Shown here in pieces: positions 1 to 12,198 of a DNA stretch of 64,000 bases (positions within the stretch are counted from its first letter, which is position 1; each line of letters opens with the position of its first letter). The translations under genes and the position numbers were made by a program. The stretch comes from Candidatus Latescibacterota bacterium. GTDB lineage: Bacteria > Latescibacterota > CBDEFO01. The stretch spans positions 1,536,001-1,600,000 of the forward strand of contig OZ252149.1 in NCBI GenBank assembly GCA_965248755.1, read 5' to 3'. Below the pieces are notes generated by a model. The model ran no database searches. It was not told where the DNA came from and saw nothing but the letters and a program-made list of their open reading frames with translations.

Positions 1-819
1 GAATGTTTTGTCTTTAATGAATTCTTGATATATCTTTAACGCATCCTCGTACCTGCCCTGAGACTCAAAGAGTTCCCCGATCTTCAGCCTGGCTTCATAT
101 TCTGTATTGGAGTCAGGATTTTGCTTTAAGACCATGCGAAAGGCATCTATAACTTCATTGGGTCTGTCCAGGATAATATTCACCTTGCCGATACGCTGCC
201 ACAGTTTATCTTTAATATCGCTTTTTTTGAAGCGAGATAGAGCCTCTTTATATTCCTCCAGAGCTGCTATATAGTCCTCATTTTCGAAGTTCATTTCGCC
301 CAGAGCAAATAAAGCGTCGTCGGCAAGCTTAAAGTCTTCCCTATTTGACGCTTTTCTGAGGAGCACCTTGGCGTCCCCATATCTTCCCGACTTCCAGTAG
401 CACAATCCCTGCCAGTATTGAGCCTCCTGTGCGAACTTGCTATCTGGGAAATTTACCTGAAGTTCTTCAAACTTACGCGCCCCCTTTAAGTATTCTGATT
501 GAAAGTAGAATGACTTGCCAAGGAGCATCAGGCTATCGTCCACCCACTTGCTGTTTGGGTAGAACTCTAAGACTGCAGACGCCTTTCTTACGACCTCTTC
601 GTACGCCTTACGATAAGACCTTCTCAGATTCTGTTTATCCCTATCTGAAAGTGCTTCCTTTTCCACCTTTTTGCGGTTCTTTTCTGCTTGGTTAAAGAGC
701 CTTTTCGCGTTGTAGAAGGTGTTAAAATATGCGCAACCCCAGGTGGATAGAAGGACGGTACATACTAAAAAAAGCTCCCCCCACGTTAAATATCCAAAGC
801 TACGAGTTCTGCTCGCCAT
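1..819 (-). CDS. TPR-repeat lipoprotein, partial (runs off the window edge)
   Basis: Manual translation from ATG at 819: [42 protein letters not shown]..., a lipobox-like WGC followed by TPR-like helices. Overlaps the carB 3' end. Confidence 0.7.
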   Translation of the reverse strand, partial: MASRTRSFGYLTWGELFLVCTVLLSTWGCAYFNTFYNAKRLFNQAEKNRKKVEKEALSDRDKQNLRRSYRKAYEEVVRKASAVLEFYPNSKWVDDSLMLLGKSFYFQSEYLKGARKFEELQVNFPDSKFAQEAQYWQGLCYWKSGRYGDAKVLLRKASNREDFKLADDALFALGEMNFENEDYIAALEEYKEALSRFKKSDIKDKLWQRIGKVNIILDRPNEVIDAFRMVLKQNPDSNTEYEARLKIGELFESQGRYEDALKIYQEFIKDKTF

Positions 820-3800
820 CGACTTGGAGCGCCTCCTTATGATACTCCTGCAAAGTCTTAACTTTCAAAGACCCGTTCCTCAAAGCTTCAACTCCCGATA
901 CTACCGCCGCAGCCCCAGAAATCGTAGTGGTGTACGTCACATTTTTCATGATCGCTGCTCTCCTGATCTGTCGGTCGTCTACCTGGGACATCTCCCCCAA
1001 CCGCTTGTCGTATGGGGTATTTATCATCAAGTCTATCTCGTCGTTGCGTATGGCATCCAGTATATTCGGACTCCCCTCATGCACCTTTAGAATCTTATCA
1101 GACGGTATTTTGTTCTGTTTCAGGAACTTGTAAGTCCCCTCAGTAGCCACAATCTTAAACCCCATTTCGTAAAGCTTCCTGGCTATCGGGATCACTGAGG
1201 CTTTGTCCTTATCGCTCACGCTCATAAAGACCTTTCCCGACAGTGGCATCCTGAATCCGGCAGATAGCTGAGCCTTCAAAAAGCTGGCTCCAAAGCTGGT
1301 ATCTATGCCCATAACCTCGCCAGTGGATTTCATCTCAGGTCCCAATATAGAATCCGCGCCGGAAAACTTTATAAACGGCAGAACCGCCTCTTTAACTGCT
1401 GTGTGCTTTATGTACACCTCCGACGTGAATTCCTGCTCTTTTAAGGTCTTTCCAACCATCACCCGTGCCGCTATCTTGGCCAGAGGTACCCCTATTGCCT
1501 TGCTTATAAAAGGAACAGTCCTGGAGGCCCTCGGATTCACCTCCAGAACATAGATCTCTTTGTTCTTCACAGCGTATTGCACGTTCATCAAGCCCACGAC
1601 TTTCAAAGCCTTGGCTAGATCCCGAACATGCTCCTTCATCTTTCCAATTTCCCTATCACAGATCGAATTGGGAGGTACCACGCACGCGCTGTCGCCAGAA
1701 TGGATGCCCGCCCCTTCCACGTGCTCCATGATTCCGCCGATAAATACGTCGTTCTCATCACATACAGCGTCTACATCCAATTCGTAGGCGTCCTCCAAAA
1801 ACTTATCTATCAGCACAGGATGGAGCGGCGACACCCTGACAGCTTCATGCATATACCTCTCTAGAGATCCTTCATCGTGGACGATGACCATAGCCCTTCC
1901 GCCCAACACGTAAGAGGGCCTTACCAAAACGGGATAGCTTATGTCCGCTGCGATCTTTCTTGCCTCATGGAAAGTGCCCGCTGTCCCGTTTTCGGGCTGT
2001 CTTATCCCTAATTCTTCGATCAGCGCCCCGAAACGCTTCCTGTCCTCTGCGAGGTCTATGCTGTCCGGCGATGTGCCTAAGATTTTCACGCCCGCTCTTT
2101 CTAAGGGAATCGCCAGATTCAGCGGAGTCTGTCCTCCAAACTGAACTATCACACCGTCGGGATCTTCCTTATCTACTATGTTCAGTACATCCTCCACTGT
2201 CAGCGGCTCAAAATAGAGCTTATCTGATGTATCGTAATCTGTGCTTACGGTCTCAGGGTTGCTGTTGACCATAATGGTCTCAAATCCATCCTCTTTCAAA
2301 GCGAACGAAGCGTGCACACAGCAGTAATCGAACTCTATCCCCTGGCCTATTCTGTTGGGACCGCTTCCCAGGATCACGATCTTCTTCTTACTATTAGAAT
2401 GCACCACCTCACATTCGCTCTCATAAGTCGAATAGTGATAAGGCGTATAGGCCTCAAACTCCGCCGCGCACGTATCCACAGTCTTGAACGTGGCTATTAT
2501 TCCTTTTTCCACCCTCAGAGACCTGATCGTCTCCTCATCTGTCCTCCATATCGAAGCTAACTGGCGATCGCTGAAGCCGAACTGTTTGGCTCTCAGTAGC
2601 GAATCTTTGTCTATGCTGGAGGACAGTGCTAATTCCTCCTCAAACAGAACAATATCCTGTATATTGCCTAAGAACCAGGGGTCTATCTTCGTAAGTTCAT
2701 GGACCTCCTCCAAGGGCATTTTGGACTGGAACGCCTCTCTAATGTAGAAGATCCTCTGAGCGTTGGGAACTTCCAATTTATGCCTGATAAACTCCGATTT
2801 TCCATTTGAGGGGAGTTCCATCTCGACTCCGTCGGCGCCCAGCCCTCCTCTTCCTATCTCCAAAGATCGTAATCCTTTCTGTAGGGCCTCCTTAAACGTT
2901 CTGCCGATCGCCATAGTCTCGCCCACAGACTTCATCTGGATGTTCAGCTCATCTTTTGCCCCCGGAAACTTCTCAAACGCCCACCTTGGCAATTTCACCA
3001 CGCAGTAATCTATTGTGGGCTCGAACGAAGCAGGCGTCTCTCTGGTAATATCGTTTCTTATCTCATCCAGAGTATATCCCACCGCCAATTTGGCCGCCAT
3101 CTTGGCTATTGGGAATCCTGTCGCCTTAGACGCCAAAGCGGAGCTTCTGGATACCCTCGGGTTCATCTCGATTATCACCATCCTCCCGTCCTCTGGATTC
3201 ACTGCAAACTGTATGTTCGACCCACCTGTCTCCACGCCTATCTCCCTGATGACCCTTATAGCGGCGTCTCTCATAAGCTGATATTCCTTGTCCGTGAGAG
3301 TCTGAGCGGGAGCGACAGTTATGCTGTCCCCTGTGTGGACGCCCATCGGATCTAAATTTTCAATAGAACATACAATTACCACATTATCTTTGAGGTCCCT
3401 CATCACCTCCAGCTCGAACTCCTTCCATCCTATCACCGATTCCTCTATCAGTATCTCATTTATCGGACTCATATGCAGACCGTGCTCGGCTGACCTGTTA
3501 AACTCCTCATCGTCACGAGCTATCCCTCCACCTGTGCCCCCCAAGGTAAAGGACGGCCTTATAATTGAAGGGTAGCCTATCTCTTTTTGGAAATCAACAG
3601 CCTCATTGAGGGAATAAGCGAACCTCCCTTTGGGGAGATCGACCCCGGCATTTTCCATAGTCTTCTTAAAGAGCTCTCTGTCTTCTGCCTTTTTGATCGC
3701 CTCCAGTTTGGCCCCTATCATCTCTACGCCGAATCTCTCCAGGACTTTGCTTTCCGCAAGCTCCACCGAGATGTTCAATCCTGTCTGACCACCTAAAGTA

Positions 3801-4063
3801 GGCAGGAGGGCGTCGGGCCGTTCCTTTTCGATAATCTTTTCGCATATCTCAGGGATAATAGGTTCGATGTAAGTTTTGTCCGCCATCTCAGGATCAGTCA
3901 TAATTGTAGCGGGATTGCTGTTTACAAGGACGATTTCGAATCCCTCCTCCCTTAGAGCCTTGCACGCCTGCGTCCCCGAATAATCGAACTCGCACGCCTG
4001 ACCTATTACGATAGGCCCTGACCCTATGATCATAATTTTGTGTATATCGTGTCTTTTCGGCAT
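800..4063 (-). CDS. carB: Carbamoyl-phosphate synthase large subunit
   Basis: [31 protein letters not shown]-terminus, two ATP-grasp halves, C-terminal MGS domain. Likely start is the ATG at 4063. Confidence 0.97.
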   Translation of the reverse strand: MPKRHDIHKIMIIGSGPIVIGQACEFDYSGTQACKALREEGFEIVLVNSNPATIMTDPEMADKTYIEPIIPEICEKIIEKERPDALLPTLGGQTGLNISVELAESKVLERFGVEMIGAKLEAIKKAEDRELFKKTMENAGVDLPKGRFAYSLNEAVDFQKEIGYPSIIRPSFTLGGTGGGIARDDEEFNRSAEHGLHMSPINEILIEESVIGWKEFELEVMRDLKDNVVIVCSIENLDPMGVHTGDSITVAPAQTLTDKEYQLMRDAAIRVIREIGVETGGSNIQFAVNPEDGRMVIIEMNPRVSRSSALASKATGFPIAKMAAKLAVGYTLDEIRNDITRETPASFEPTIDYCVVKLPRWAFEKFPGAKDELNIQMKSVGETMAIGRTFKEALQKGLRSLEIGRGGLGADGVEMELPSNGKSEFIRHKLEVPNAQRIFYIREAFQSKMPLEEVHELTKIDPWFLGNIQDIVLFEEELALSSSIDKDSLLRAKQFGFSDRQLASIWRTDEETIRSLRVEKGIIATFKTVDTCAAEFEAYTPYHYSTYESECEVVHSNSKKKIVILGSGPNRIGQGIEFDYCCVHASFALKEDGFETIMVNSNPETVSTDYDTSDKLYFEPLTVEDVLNIVDKEDPDGVIVQFGGQTPLNLAIPLERAGVKILGTSPDSIDLAEDRKRFGALIEELGIRQPENGTAGTFHEARKIAADISYPVLVRPSYVLGGRAMVIVHDEGSLERYMHEAVRVSPLHPVLIDKFLEDAYELDVDAVCDENDVFIGGIMEHVEGAGIHSGDSACVVPPNSICDREIGKMKEHVRDLAKALKVVGLMNVQYAVKNKEIYVLEVNPRASRTVPFISKAIGVPLAKIAARVMVGKTLKEQEFTSEVYIKHTAVKEAVLPFIKFSGADSILGPEMKSTGEVMGIDTSFGASFLKAQLSAGFRMPLSGKVFMSVSDKDKASVIPIARKLYEMGFKIVATEGTYKFLKQNKIPSDKILKVHEGSPNILDAIRNDEIDLMINTPYDKRLGEMSQVDDRQIRRAAIMKNVTYTTTISGAAAVVSGVEALRNGSLKVKTLQEYHKEALQVDGEQNS

Positions 4064-4068
4064 AGAAG

Positions 4069-4587
4069 CTATCGCCACAATTGTATCAGGATCAGGTAAA
4101 TAAGCAGAAAGAGAGCGACCACACCCGCTATATAGATTACCTTGTAAACCCACAGCTTGACCCCGCCGGTGTATCTTCCCCTCTTCCGCTTGGAGGGGCC
4201 GGGCTGTGGGCTCGAACGGTATCGTTCTGACTCGATCATACTCACGAATTTAGGATCGCACTTGCCTATGGCCTGTAAGATCCGCCTTTTATTTAGAGAC
4301 ACTCTTTCGGCCAGGACTTCGTGAGCAGACTTTAAGGTACCATCTTCCTTTAACGTACCCTTTGACTCGTTAGGATCAAACTTGTTCTTGATCAGAGTGC
4401 TGACCCTTACGGAGGACAACTTCTTCTCAAGGAGATTGATCGTCTCTTTGTCCTTGACCTCTCTTTTTATTACCCTTTCGCAGCAGGATAAAAACAGGGT
4501 CAGGTCGTTCCATATCTCCTCATCCGTCAACCCCAGAAGATAGGATTCTTCAATCATCTCGTCAATAGCATCTCTGACTCTATTCAT
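4069..4587 (-). CDS. Hypothetical protein with C-terminal TM helix
   Basis: 172 aa ORF co-oriented between nnr and carB; hydrophobic C-terminus. Confidence 0.55.
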   Translation of the reverse strand: MNRVRDAIDEMIEESYLLGLTDEEIWNDLTLFLSCCERVIKREVKDKETINLLEKKLSSVRVSTLIKNKFDPNESKGTLKEDGTLKSAHEVLAERVSLNKRRILQAIGKCDPKFVSMIESERYRSSPQPGPSKRKRGRYTGGVKLWVYKVIYIAGVVALFLLIYLILIQLWR

Positions 4588-4652
4588 ATTTGAACTCCGT
4601 AAGGGTAAACATAACTATCATAATGTAGTATAACGCAAGAGAAGAGGCAAGG

Positions 4653-6263
4653 TTACGAAGTGCGTCCATACATTTTAACTCCCCAATCTGGATTCGGATT
4701 CGATTTTAATATTCCATATACCTCTTGGGTCGCATCGGGAAGAAAATCCACAATATCTCCGGCCGTGAGCCCCAAATCTCCTTTGACATCTCCAGCAAGA
4801 TCTCCAGCAAGACCGTGCAGATAGACTCCCGCAATTGCAGCGTTTGGAGGATCAACTCCACCTCCGATTATGGCGGCAATGACTCCCGTCAGTACGTCTC
4901 CCGAGCCCCCTGTGGCCATTCCAGCGTTTCCTGAGGAATTTACAAATACGCTGCCATCGGGCCAAGCCACCAGAGTCGGAACACCCTTTAGAACTACTGT
5001 AACGTTGAACTTACAGGCGAAGGATCGAGCGGTATCTATTCTATCCACCTGATAATCTTCAAGTTTTCCCGCTGTCAATCTTCTGAATTCCCCCGGATGG
5101 GGTGTGATAACTATAGAGGCTTTTGCCTCTTTCAGTGGCGAGGGGTCACCGCTTAAAGCGTTAAGCCCATCGGCATCTATTACAGCAGGGATCTGCAGGT
5201 CGCTTACTATCCTTTTTACCAATTCGACCGTCTCTCTGTACGTCGAGATGCCGGGACCCAACGCCAAACAATCTGCTCCTTTTAGCATCCTTCTGATCTG
5301 GCCCAGGGCCCTCAAGGCCAGGCATCTGCGCTTTCTAACCTGTGGAAGGGGCCTGGTCATCACTTCTGTCAGCTTGACCTCCATAATATCGTTTAATCCC
5401 TCAGGGATTCCGAGCGTCACAAGCCCGGCGCCCATCCTGACCGCAGACGTGGAAGTCAACGCCGCCGCTCCCGTCATTCCCAATGACCCGGCTACTACGG
5501 CAACTCTTCCGCAGTCTCCTTTGTGAGCATCTGGCGCCCGAACGGGCATAATCTTTGTCACATCCAGAGGTTCGATCAGATCAAGAAAAGATTCCTCCTG
5601 CTCTATCGTCGCCACGGGGACACCTATGTCCAGGACTCTCAATTCCCCGCACAAACCTCTCCCCGGATAGAAGAAGTGACCCACTTTCGGAAGCCCGAAT
5701 GTGACAGTAATGTAGGCACTAACGCACATCCCTTCAAATTTTCCGGTGTCTGCATCCAACCCCGACGGTACGTCTACAGCTACCACAGGCTTTCCGCTGC
5801 TATTTATAGACTCTATTGCATAAGCCGCAAGACCCCTTACCTCCCCCTTTATTCCCGTCCCGAATATGCCATCTATGACTACGTCTGCATCTTCGAGCGC
5901 GTCCTTTAAGGCTCTGGTAGCCTCTGGCTCCACAACTTCCTCAATATCCACATCCAGATCAGCAGCCCTTTTCAGATTCGTCAAAGCATCTCCCTTAACT
6001 TCCCCCACTTTGCCAAGTAGAAACGCAGATGGATTAGCTCCATTCTCCCTAAGTAGTCTTCCCACCACAAATCCGTCCCCTCCGTTATTTCCTTTTCCGC
6101 ACACTATGACGGCTTTCTTGTCTCTCACATCGCTTAAAATATCCTCCACAGCCCTGTATACTCCCTGGCCCGCCCTTTCCATAAGGTCCAGTCCCAAAAC
6201 TCCCATACCCTCTATGGATCGCCTGTCTATATTTGCCATCTGTTTTCCTGTCACCAGCTTCAC
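4653..6263 (-). CDS. nnr: Bifunctional NAD(P)H-hydrate epimerase/dehydratase
   Basis: YjeF_N motif GKGNNGGDG; carbohydrate-kinase motifs HKGDCG, TPHPGEF, GSGDVL. Confidence 0.95.
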   Translation of the reverse strand: MKLVTGKQMANIDRRSIEGMGVLGLDLMERAGQGVYRAVEDILSDVRDKKAVIVCGKGNNGGDGFVVGRLLRENGANPSAFLLGKVGEVKGDALTNLKRAADLDVDIEEVVEPEATRALKDALEDADVVIDGIFGTGIKGEVRGLAAYAIESINSSGKPVVAVDVPSGLDADTGKFEGMCVSAYITVTFGLPKVGHFFYPGRGLCGELRVLDIGVPVATIEQEESFLDLIEPLDVTKIMPVRAPDAHKGDCGRVAVVAGSLGMTGAAALTSTSAVRMGAGLVTLGIPEGLNDIMEVKLTEVMTRPLPQVRKRRCLALRALGQIRRMLKGADCLALGPGISTYRETVELVKRIVSDLQIPAVIDADGLNALSGDPSPLKEAKASIVITPHPGEFRRLTAGKLEDYQVDRIDTARSFACKFNVTVVLKGVPTLVAWPDGSVFVNSSGNAGMATGGSGDVLTGVIAAIIGGGVDPPNAAIAGVYLHGLAGDLAGDVKGDLGLTAGDIVDFLPDATQEVYGILKSNPNPDWGVKMYGRTS

Positions 6264-6341
6264 GTCTGATTGCCCTTGGGAAAATGTAAAACACTATAAG
6301 TAGGTATATAGGAACAAGTTATACGCGTTTTATATATATCA

Positions 6342-7166
6342 TCAGCGGTTGTGAGGCGGCTCTATCACTGCACGCTGCTCCTCTGTCATGTCCAGAATAT
6401 AGTCGGGGAATGAAATTTCGTGGGCGCCCACGCCGTAAGACTGAAACCCCGGACTGAACTTGTAAAGCAGCGCGCGCCGCTGGTGCTTTCCCTTCCACGG
6501 CAACGCGCCGTGCGTCAGGGCCTCCGTGAAAATTACCGCGTCGCCCGCTTTAGTGTTGGCCTCCATCACATACTGCTGATACTTCTCATAAAACTTCAAG
6601 CTCTGCGGGCAGGGGAGGTTCGCCTTCTGGCTGCCCGGAATGAACGCCAGTCCGCCATCTCCCGGCCCTTCGTCTGCCAGCATAAACTCCACAACTGTCA
6701 GACCGCAGTAGATGGCCCCGTTCTTGAAGGAGTAAGCCTGAGAAAAGTTGGAGCACTCTATACCACCGCCGTGCAGGCGGTGGCCCTCGGTGCCCTGGTC
6801 CATCGCAATTACGCCTGGCCCATGATCCAGCCGATAGCCCTCCCCCAGGATGACATTGAAGTAGGGCACGATGCGCGGGTGCACCAGAATGTCCCGGAAC
6901 GGTTCACACCATGGACGCTCCCATGCCAGCATTCCACCAATATCCTTCCGGTGTGAAGTACCTGCCAATGGCTTAGACTCAAACGCCAGCGATCTGGGGT
7001 ACTCCGTAAGCTGGTCAATGTGATGGTCGATGGCGATGTTACAGGACTCCACCTCCTCGGGCGTCAGCACCTCTGGGATGATGAGATAACCCGTCAGGTC
7101 GAACAAATAATTTTCGTCGTCGGTCACGACACCCCACCTCCTTCTCGGGTTATAGGTCTGTTTCAC
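6342..7166 (-). CDS. Phytanoyl-CoA dioxygenase (PhyH) family protein
   Basis: YLFDLTGYL N-terminus, LHGG, IPGS, AGDAVIFTEALTHG motifs. Confidence 0.85.
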   Translation of the reverse strand: MKQTYNPRRRWGVVTDDENYLFDLTGYLIIPEVLTPEEVESCNIAIDHHIDQLTEYPRSLAFESKPLAGTSHRKDIGGMLAWERPWCEPFRDILVHPRIVPYFNVILGEGYRLDHGPGVIAMDQGTEGHRLHGGGIECSNFSQAYSFKNGAIYCGLTVVEFMLADEGPGDGGLAFIPGSQKANLPCPQSLKFYEKYQQYVMEANTKAGDAVIFTEALTHGALPWKGKHQRRALLYKFSPGFQSYGVGAHEISFPDYILDMTEEQRAVIEPPHNR

Positions 7167-7202
7167 AGACAGATAAGATTCAACGTCCGAATACTTATAA
7201 TC

Positions 7203-7592
7203 TCATCTTTCCTGGACATTTTGAATAAGCACCACGGCGACGGCGTAGTTTTCCGTGTGAGAAAGGCTCATCGTTACTTCCCTACTTCCGACCATCTCTT
7301 TTGCCCTGCCGTGGAGCACCATTTGCGGTTTAGAGCCATTTCTGCTCACAATTTCCACATCTTTCCACGCGACTCCCTGTCCCCATCCAGTCCCTATAGC
7401 CTTAAACGCCGCCTCCTTGGCTGCGAAACGCGCTGCTAATGATCTATAGACTTCGCCCTTTTTAAAACAGTACTCTGCTTCATTTTGTGTGAATACGCGA
7501 TTTACGAACCTACCTTCCCATCTTTGGACGAGGTCTTTGATCCTCTTCACCTCTGCGATGTCTATGCCTATGGAATTGTTCATCAAGGTCAA
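7203..7592 (-). CDS. acpS: Holo-[acyl-carrier-protein] synthase
   Basis: IGIDI, ARFAAKEAAFKA and SLSH motifs. Confidence 0.95.
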   Translation of the reverse strand: MTLMNNSIGIDIAEVKRIKDLVQRWEGRFVNRVFTQNEAEYCFKKGEVYRSLAARFAAKEAAFKAIGTGWGQGVAWKDVEIVSRNGSKPQMVLHGRAKEMVGSREVTMSLSHTENYAVAVVLIQNVQER

Positions 7593-8299
7593 CTTGCCGT
7601 GGGCGCGCCACTATCATTCTCTTTTTCTACAATGCCTACGATCTGTCTGATATCATCTATCTCATAATCAGCTCCGGCATCCTTAACGTCGAAGGTGTCC
7701 CCATACCGTGCAAAGACAGTCTTTATGCCCACGCTGTGTGCTCCTACCATGTCCCTCTCTGGCCAATCTCCTACCATCAAGGCCTCATCAGGCTCGATAC
7801 TCAAAAGCTCAAGGGCCTTTTTGAAGGGGACGGGATGAGGTTTGGTCACGCCCGTATCGTCGAATGTGATTACAGAGTCAAAAGTGTGATGAAGTTGAAG
7901 CTGGCAGAGTCGAAGCCATGCCTGGAGGCGAGGCGCATCAGAGAGCACGGCAAGCTTTATTCCGCGCTTTGCCAATTCCATAAGCGTAGAGTTCACATGA
8001 GGATAGAGCACCAGCGCCGCCTCCCTTGCTCTCCTGTAGGCCACAATCCCCGCAGCGTGAATCTTATAATCGATTTCTCCCAACGTTTCGGTCAAGAAAT
8101 CGTCGAAGACAGTTTGAAACTCGATCCCCTTCTCGTCGTATATCCTGTAGAGTTCTTTCCTTACCTGCTCTTTAGGCATATTAAGCCCCGCGTCGATCAT
8201 AGCGTCACAGGCGGCATCTACGGAGTTCTCCTTCATCCGCATAAAGTCCACTAACGTATTGTCCAGGTCAAATATCACAGCCTTGATCACAATGATCAT
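7589..8299 (-). CDS. HAD-superfamily hydrolase
   Basis: FDLDNTL motif I, KPHP, VGD motif. Confidence 0.9.
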   Translation of the reverse strand: MIIVIKAVIFDLDNTLVDFMRMKENSVDAACDAMIDAGLNMPKEQVRKELYRIYDEKGIEFQTVFDDFLTETLGEIDYKIHAAGIVAYRRAREAALVLYPHVNSTLMELAKRGIKLAVLSDAPRLQAWLRLCQLQLHHTFDSVITFDDTGVTKPHPVPFKKALELLSIEPDEALMVGDWPERDMVGAHSVGIKTVFARYGDTFDVKDAGADYEIDDIRQIVGIVEKENDSGAPTAS

Positions 8300-8873
8300 C
8301 TCCTTGAAGAGTATAAAAATATTACAATGTCCCTTTCCTATATGAAAAATACGTCAATTTCTACTTTAAAGCAACCGTTTTTTATTGCGTCCCTTGCAGT
8401 TATTATGGCAAAATTGAAGAGGGAGAAACTCCAGTTGGGCGATCTACTTAAATACAACAAATGCTCGCCTTTTGAACTTAAAGATCTGCTACAAGTCGTT
8501 GCTCTGCACATCTGTTGCATGTAAGACCTGGGCGCGCAGGGGAAAATAGAATTTCGATGCAATTTGTCTTAACGAAAATGTGACCAGGATCACTGAACAA
8601 AAGTTTGAATAGTGCGATCTTACTACTACATATAGCACTACATATAGTTTGAACTTCGAAAAGGGAAGCGCAAAAATCGATCAAAAAGCAACAGTGCCAT
8701 TTTCCCTTGACAATATGTCTCTTATTCTTATATTGTACTCAAGGTTCGAGCATTATTTCTGGGTAGTAAGGTTCGAAATTCTTCGATTTTCACTTAACTT
8801 ATGGCCTGATAAGGATGTTTTTGCTCTTACAGGAATATGTTGCAATGTGTGAAACCGTATTGGGAGGCTAAAT

Positions 8874-9092
8874 ATGGATAAGGACGTACAGGGGACTGAA
8901 GAGCAGAGTTCCGATCAGAGCAAACGGACGAACAAGTCGAGCAGTCGCCGAAGGTTTATAAAGACAGGAGCCGTCCTCTTGCCGTACGTAGCGCCTGTCA
9001 TACAGACGTTCGTCTTAGACGAGCCTGCCGAAGCCAAGAAAAAGAATAGGATATCTGATCCAGCTCCTCCTCCGCCACCGCCGCCAAATTAA
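8874..9092 (+). CDS. Small peptide with twin-arginine-like leader and polyproline tail
   Basis: GGAGG RBS; SRRRFIK, YVAPVI, AEA, then a terminal proline run. Confidence 0.7.
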   Translation: MDKDVQGTEEQSSDQSKRTNKSSSRRRFIKTGAVLLPYVAPVIQTFVLDEPAEAKKKNRISDPAPPPPPPPN

Positions 9093-9391
9093 AATTTACA
9101 GAAGCTAGGTGGGGTTCTGTGTTAGTCTGCAACTTGTGATGGCTCTGTACTTGTCTGCTCAGTTAAAGGACAAGATGGGGGTAGTATGCACAAGCTGAAT
9201 GCAACTGTTAAGCTCAATATAAGTCTATGTCAGCTTATATAAGAAAGAACCTATAGACGAATATGAAGACATTGCTGCGAATCTGATCGATTTATATAAC
9301 GGTCGCCTGTCCTGGGACGGCTCCCGTGGCTGGCAGGGCAGGCGGCTTTTACGTTTCAGCAACTCAACCCATCTTTCAAAGGAGGTGTAAG

Positions 9392-9643
9392 ATGCTTTTT
9401 CATATCACGCAGACCCACGCTCCCGAGAGCTGTCCCAGAGACGAAGGGGGTTCAAAGATACTGTATGATCCGAATGTGGAAGGTGTTAAGATCCGAGCGA
9501 GATATGGAGCGTTTGCCGAGCACGTGATCTACTACGTCGTGGAGGCGGACAGCCTGAACGCAGTCAACAAATTCCTCCTTCCGGGCTTCACACGCTGTAC
9601 CTGCATGGTCACTCCGGTGAGCGAAGAGCCGGCTGTTGAATAA
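9392..9643 (+). CDS. Small hypothetical protein
   Basis: AAGGAGGT RBS before the ATG at 9392; MLFHITQTHAPESCP. Confidence 0.7.
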   Translation: MLFHITQTHAPESCPRDEGGSKILYDPNVEGVKIRARYGAFAEHVIYYVVEADSLNAVNKFLLPGFTRCTCMVTPVSEEPAVE

Positions 9644-10105
9644 AAAGCAAAAAGAACCTAAGTTCTATTGGGAGACGTAGTCTGTTGCCTCATTGTCGTT
9701 CTGCGATCTATAGACCTCCCCGTCAGTTAAGACCACCCTGTCGCTACAAAGCCCTTCGCATTTTGGACCTCGAATAGAAATCAACCTGCCAGGAGTTTTC
9801 CTCAAAAGCCGGCGTGGTCGCTGTGTGTGCGCTGCTTCCAGTACTTTTCCTAAGGATCACGGAGTCCCGGCAAGTGACGAAGTGGGTTGTGTGGCCCCTT
9901 TGCTACGAGAGGCAAGAAGCCACCAGAAAGGTGGGCTAAGAACGTTTCGGGGGAAAGAAAGGGGGGCAAGAGAGCGCCCCTTTGGACGTTCGTACACGTA
10001 GCGGATATTCACGCAGGTTACTGAGGTCGTGTCGATTTGCGGCAGCGTGGAACGAGAACTGATAAACTGCCTGCACTGAGTAACACACATTTTAAGGAGG
10101 GGAAA

Positions 10106-10522
10106 ATGGTCTTTGGGGAGAGTTTTTCGATTCAATCCGAGGGATTTTCAGATATCAAAAATATCACCGATGAAGTTCAGAAGATTGTTTCAAAATCCAG
10201 AATCGAAAATGGCTTGGTTAATATCTTCGTGGTAGGCTCCACTGCCTCTATTTCTACGATTGAGTACGAACCTGCATTGGTTGAAGATGTAAAGGAACAG
10301 TTAGAAAAGATTGTGCCAAGAACTCTACACAGCCGTCATTCCGAAACGTGGGGGGACGATAACGGTTTCTCCCATATTCGTGCGACATTTATGGGACCTG
10401 GGATCACAGCGCCAGTCTCCGGAGGTGCCGTCGTTCTGGGAACTTGGCAGCAAATTGTCCTGATTGATCACGATAATCGCCCGCGCTTACGGAAACTTTT
10501 TGTTCAGGTGATGGGAGAGTGA
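10106..10522 (+). CDS. yjbQ: YjbQ / UPF0047 family protein
   Basis: GSTASI, DDNGFSHIRA, LGTWQQI motifs; AAGGAGG RBS. Confidence 0.9.
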   Translation: MVFGESFSIQSEGFSDIKNITDEVQKIVSKSRIENGLVNIFVVGSTASISTIEYEPALVEDVKEQLEKIVPRTLHSRHSETWGDDNGFSHIRATFMGPGITAPVSGGAVVLGTWQQIVLIDHDNRPRLRKLFVQVMGE

Positions 10523-10528
10523 GAAAGT

Positions 10529-11380
10529 TTGATGATAGATTTCCCTTTCTACCACGGCATCGGTCAATTCGACCCTGCGTATCAGATCATGCTGGAAAAC
10601 GACACCCATGCCCCCGGTTCAGTAGATCGTGCCTTAGCAGAACTCATGATTCGACTGTGTCCCCAAACCGCCGCTTATCTTTACGGAGAATACACGCCAA
10701 CACAGGTGAGGTACCAAAGGGGTTCACGACCCGAGTTAGAATGCTATGTGGAGGAGGCAATCGCTGAGTGCGGTTCGGATGAGGAACGGGTTGAAAAGAT
10801 TGCCAGATTCTGCTCTGACCTGGGAAAGAGCGTAGGCGATGAACTGGACGAGATGCGATTCGGAGGGACTGAAGAGGAGATCATCCATCGCGGCTCTGAC
10901 TGGTGCACCGATTTGGCGAGGGTTGGATGTGCTCTCTGTCAGGTGGCTGGATTCCCGGCGCGTTTGATTATGATGTTCGACAGGGACATGGCGTACAGCG
11001 GACACCAGATCATCGAGGTGTATCGAAGCGGTATCTGGGGAGCGGTAGACCCGACGCATGGCTTGATCTACAGGGATTCGGAGGGAAAACCAGTTTCGAC
11101 ATGGGAGTTGAGGAATCAGCCTCATCTGATCGAAGCGAAATGGAGGAATCATCAAGATGTGCACAGCAGGTTAAGTCAATTCAGAAATGCAGCTATCGCG
11201 AACTATTCTGTCTGGGACCGAGAAGACTACGACTACACGATAAGTCCGGCCAACGGCTACTACTGGTCTCTCCTACAGATGTCCATTCGGGGATGGCCCG
11301 GAGGAGTCCGATGGCTGCATGGTGAGGATAACACCGGATGCGCAGGCGACTTTAGTAAAATCAAAGCATGGATACTTTAA
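10529..11380 (+). CDS. Transglutaminase-like domain protein
   Basis: WCTDLAR (Cys), GHQIIEV (His), VDPT (Asp) putative triad. Confidence 0.75.
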   Translation: MMIDFPFYHGIGQFDPAYQIMLENDTHAPGSVDRALAELMIRLCPQTAAYLYGEYTPTQVRYQRGSRPELECYVEEAIAECGSDEERVEKIARFCSDLGKSVGDELDEMRFGGTEEEIIHRGSDWCTDLARVGCALCQVAGFPARLIMMFDRDMAYSGHQIIEVYRSGIWGAVDPTHGLIYRDSEGKPVSTWELRNQPHLIEAKWRNHQDVHSRLSQFRNAAIANYSVWDREDYDYTISPANGYYWSLLQMSIRGWPGGVRWLHGEDNTGCAGDFSKIKAWIL

Positions 11381-11886
11381 CCCAAATCACACTCGGCGCG
11401 GGGGTCGGCGAAGCGGTTTTAGGTAGAAAAGTAGGGAACAAAGCTATCCTCTGGGGCGGAGTCGCCGCAGCGATCCCCGATTTGGATATGCTGGCAATGC
11501 CTTTTTTGGATTCTGTCCAAAGATTGACATCCCACAGGGGATTTTCTCATTCTATCGCATTTGCAATACTCTTTGCACCTCTGCTGGCGTATTTGACAAT
11601 TAGAATTCACGGTAGAAAGGAGGCAACCTGGAGTGAATGGACGAAATTAACCTTTTGTTCGATAATCACGCATCCAATGTTGGATTGTTTTACAACTTAC
11701 GGCACACAGCTTTTTGAACCGTTTAGCGAATATCGCGTAGCTTTCAACACCATTTTTATTATCGATCCTCTATATACTGTGCCATTTTTACTGTGTGTGA
11801 TTATGGTGATGTTCTTAAGGCCATACCGCTCCCCTTGACAGAGCGACAAATATTTCGCAAATTGGGGTTTGAGAAGGGAGGTCAAG

Positions 11887-12198
11887 GTGTCGAGCCCCGA
11901 AGTGAAAGATGGTAAGCGCTGGACGGCGACCCGTAAGGGAGAGATTGTGTTGGCTCTTTTGAGAGGAGCAGATCTATCTGAGGTGTGTCGTAAGAATGGA
12001 ATTAGCCAGTCGCAGGCGTATGCTTGGCGTGATAGTTTCTTAGAAGGGGGCCAGGAGAGTCTGAAGTCTCGGCGTGGTCGCAAGGATCCGAAGGAGCGAG
12101 AGGTTAGCCGGTTGGAGCGCAAGGTAGGGCAGTTGACGCTCCAGTTGGAGATACTCGAAGAGGTAGCCCGTCTAAAAAAAACGAAGCGGTTGCCTTGA
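11887..12198 (+). CDS. IS3 transposase OrfA
   Basis: HTH followed by a coiled coil; GGAGG RBS then GTG at 11887; A8 slippery run at 12174-12181. Confidence 0.9.
   Translation: MSSPEVKDGKRWTATRKGEIVLALLRGADLSEVCRKNGISQSQAYAWRDSFLEGGQESLKSRRGRKDPKEREVSRLERKVGQLTLQLEILEEVARLKKTKRLP

Noticed and set aside
4064..4153. N-terminal extension of CarB in the ORF track
   Set aside because: The conserved start is MPKR at 4063, and the extension overlaps the upstream gene.
9660..10100. Riboswitch or ncRNA upstream of yjbQ
   Set aside because: No recognisable aptamer consensus; an Rfam/Infernal scan would be needed.
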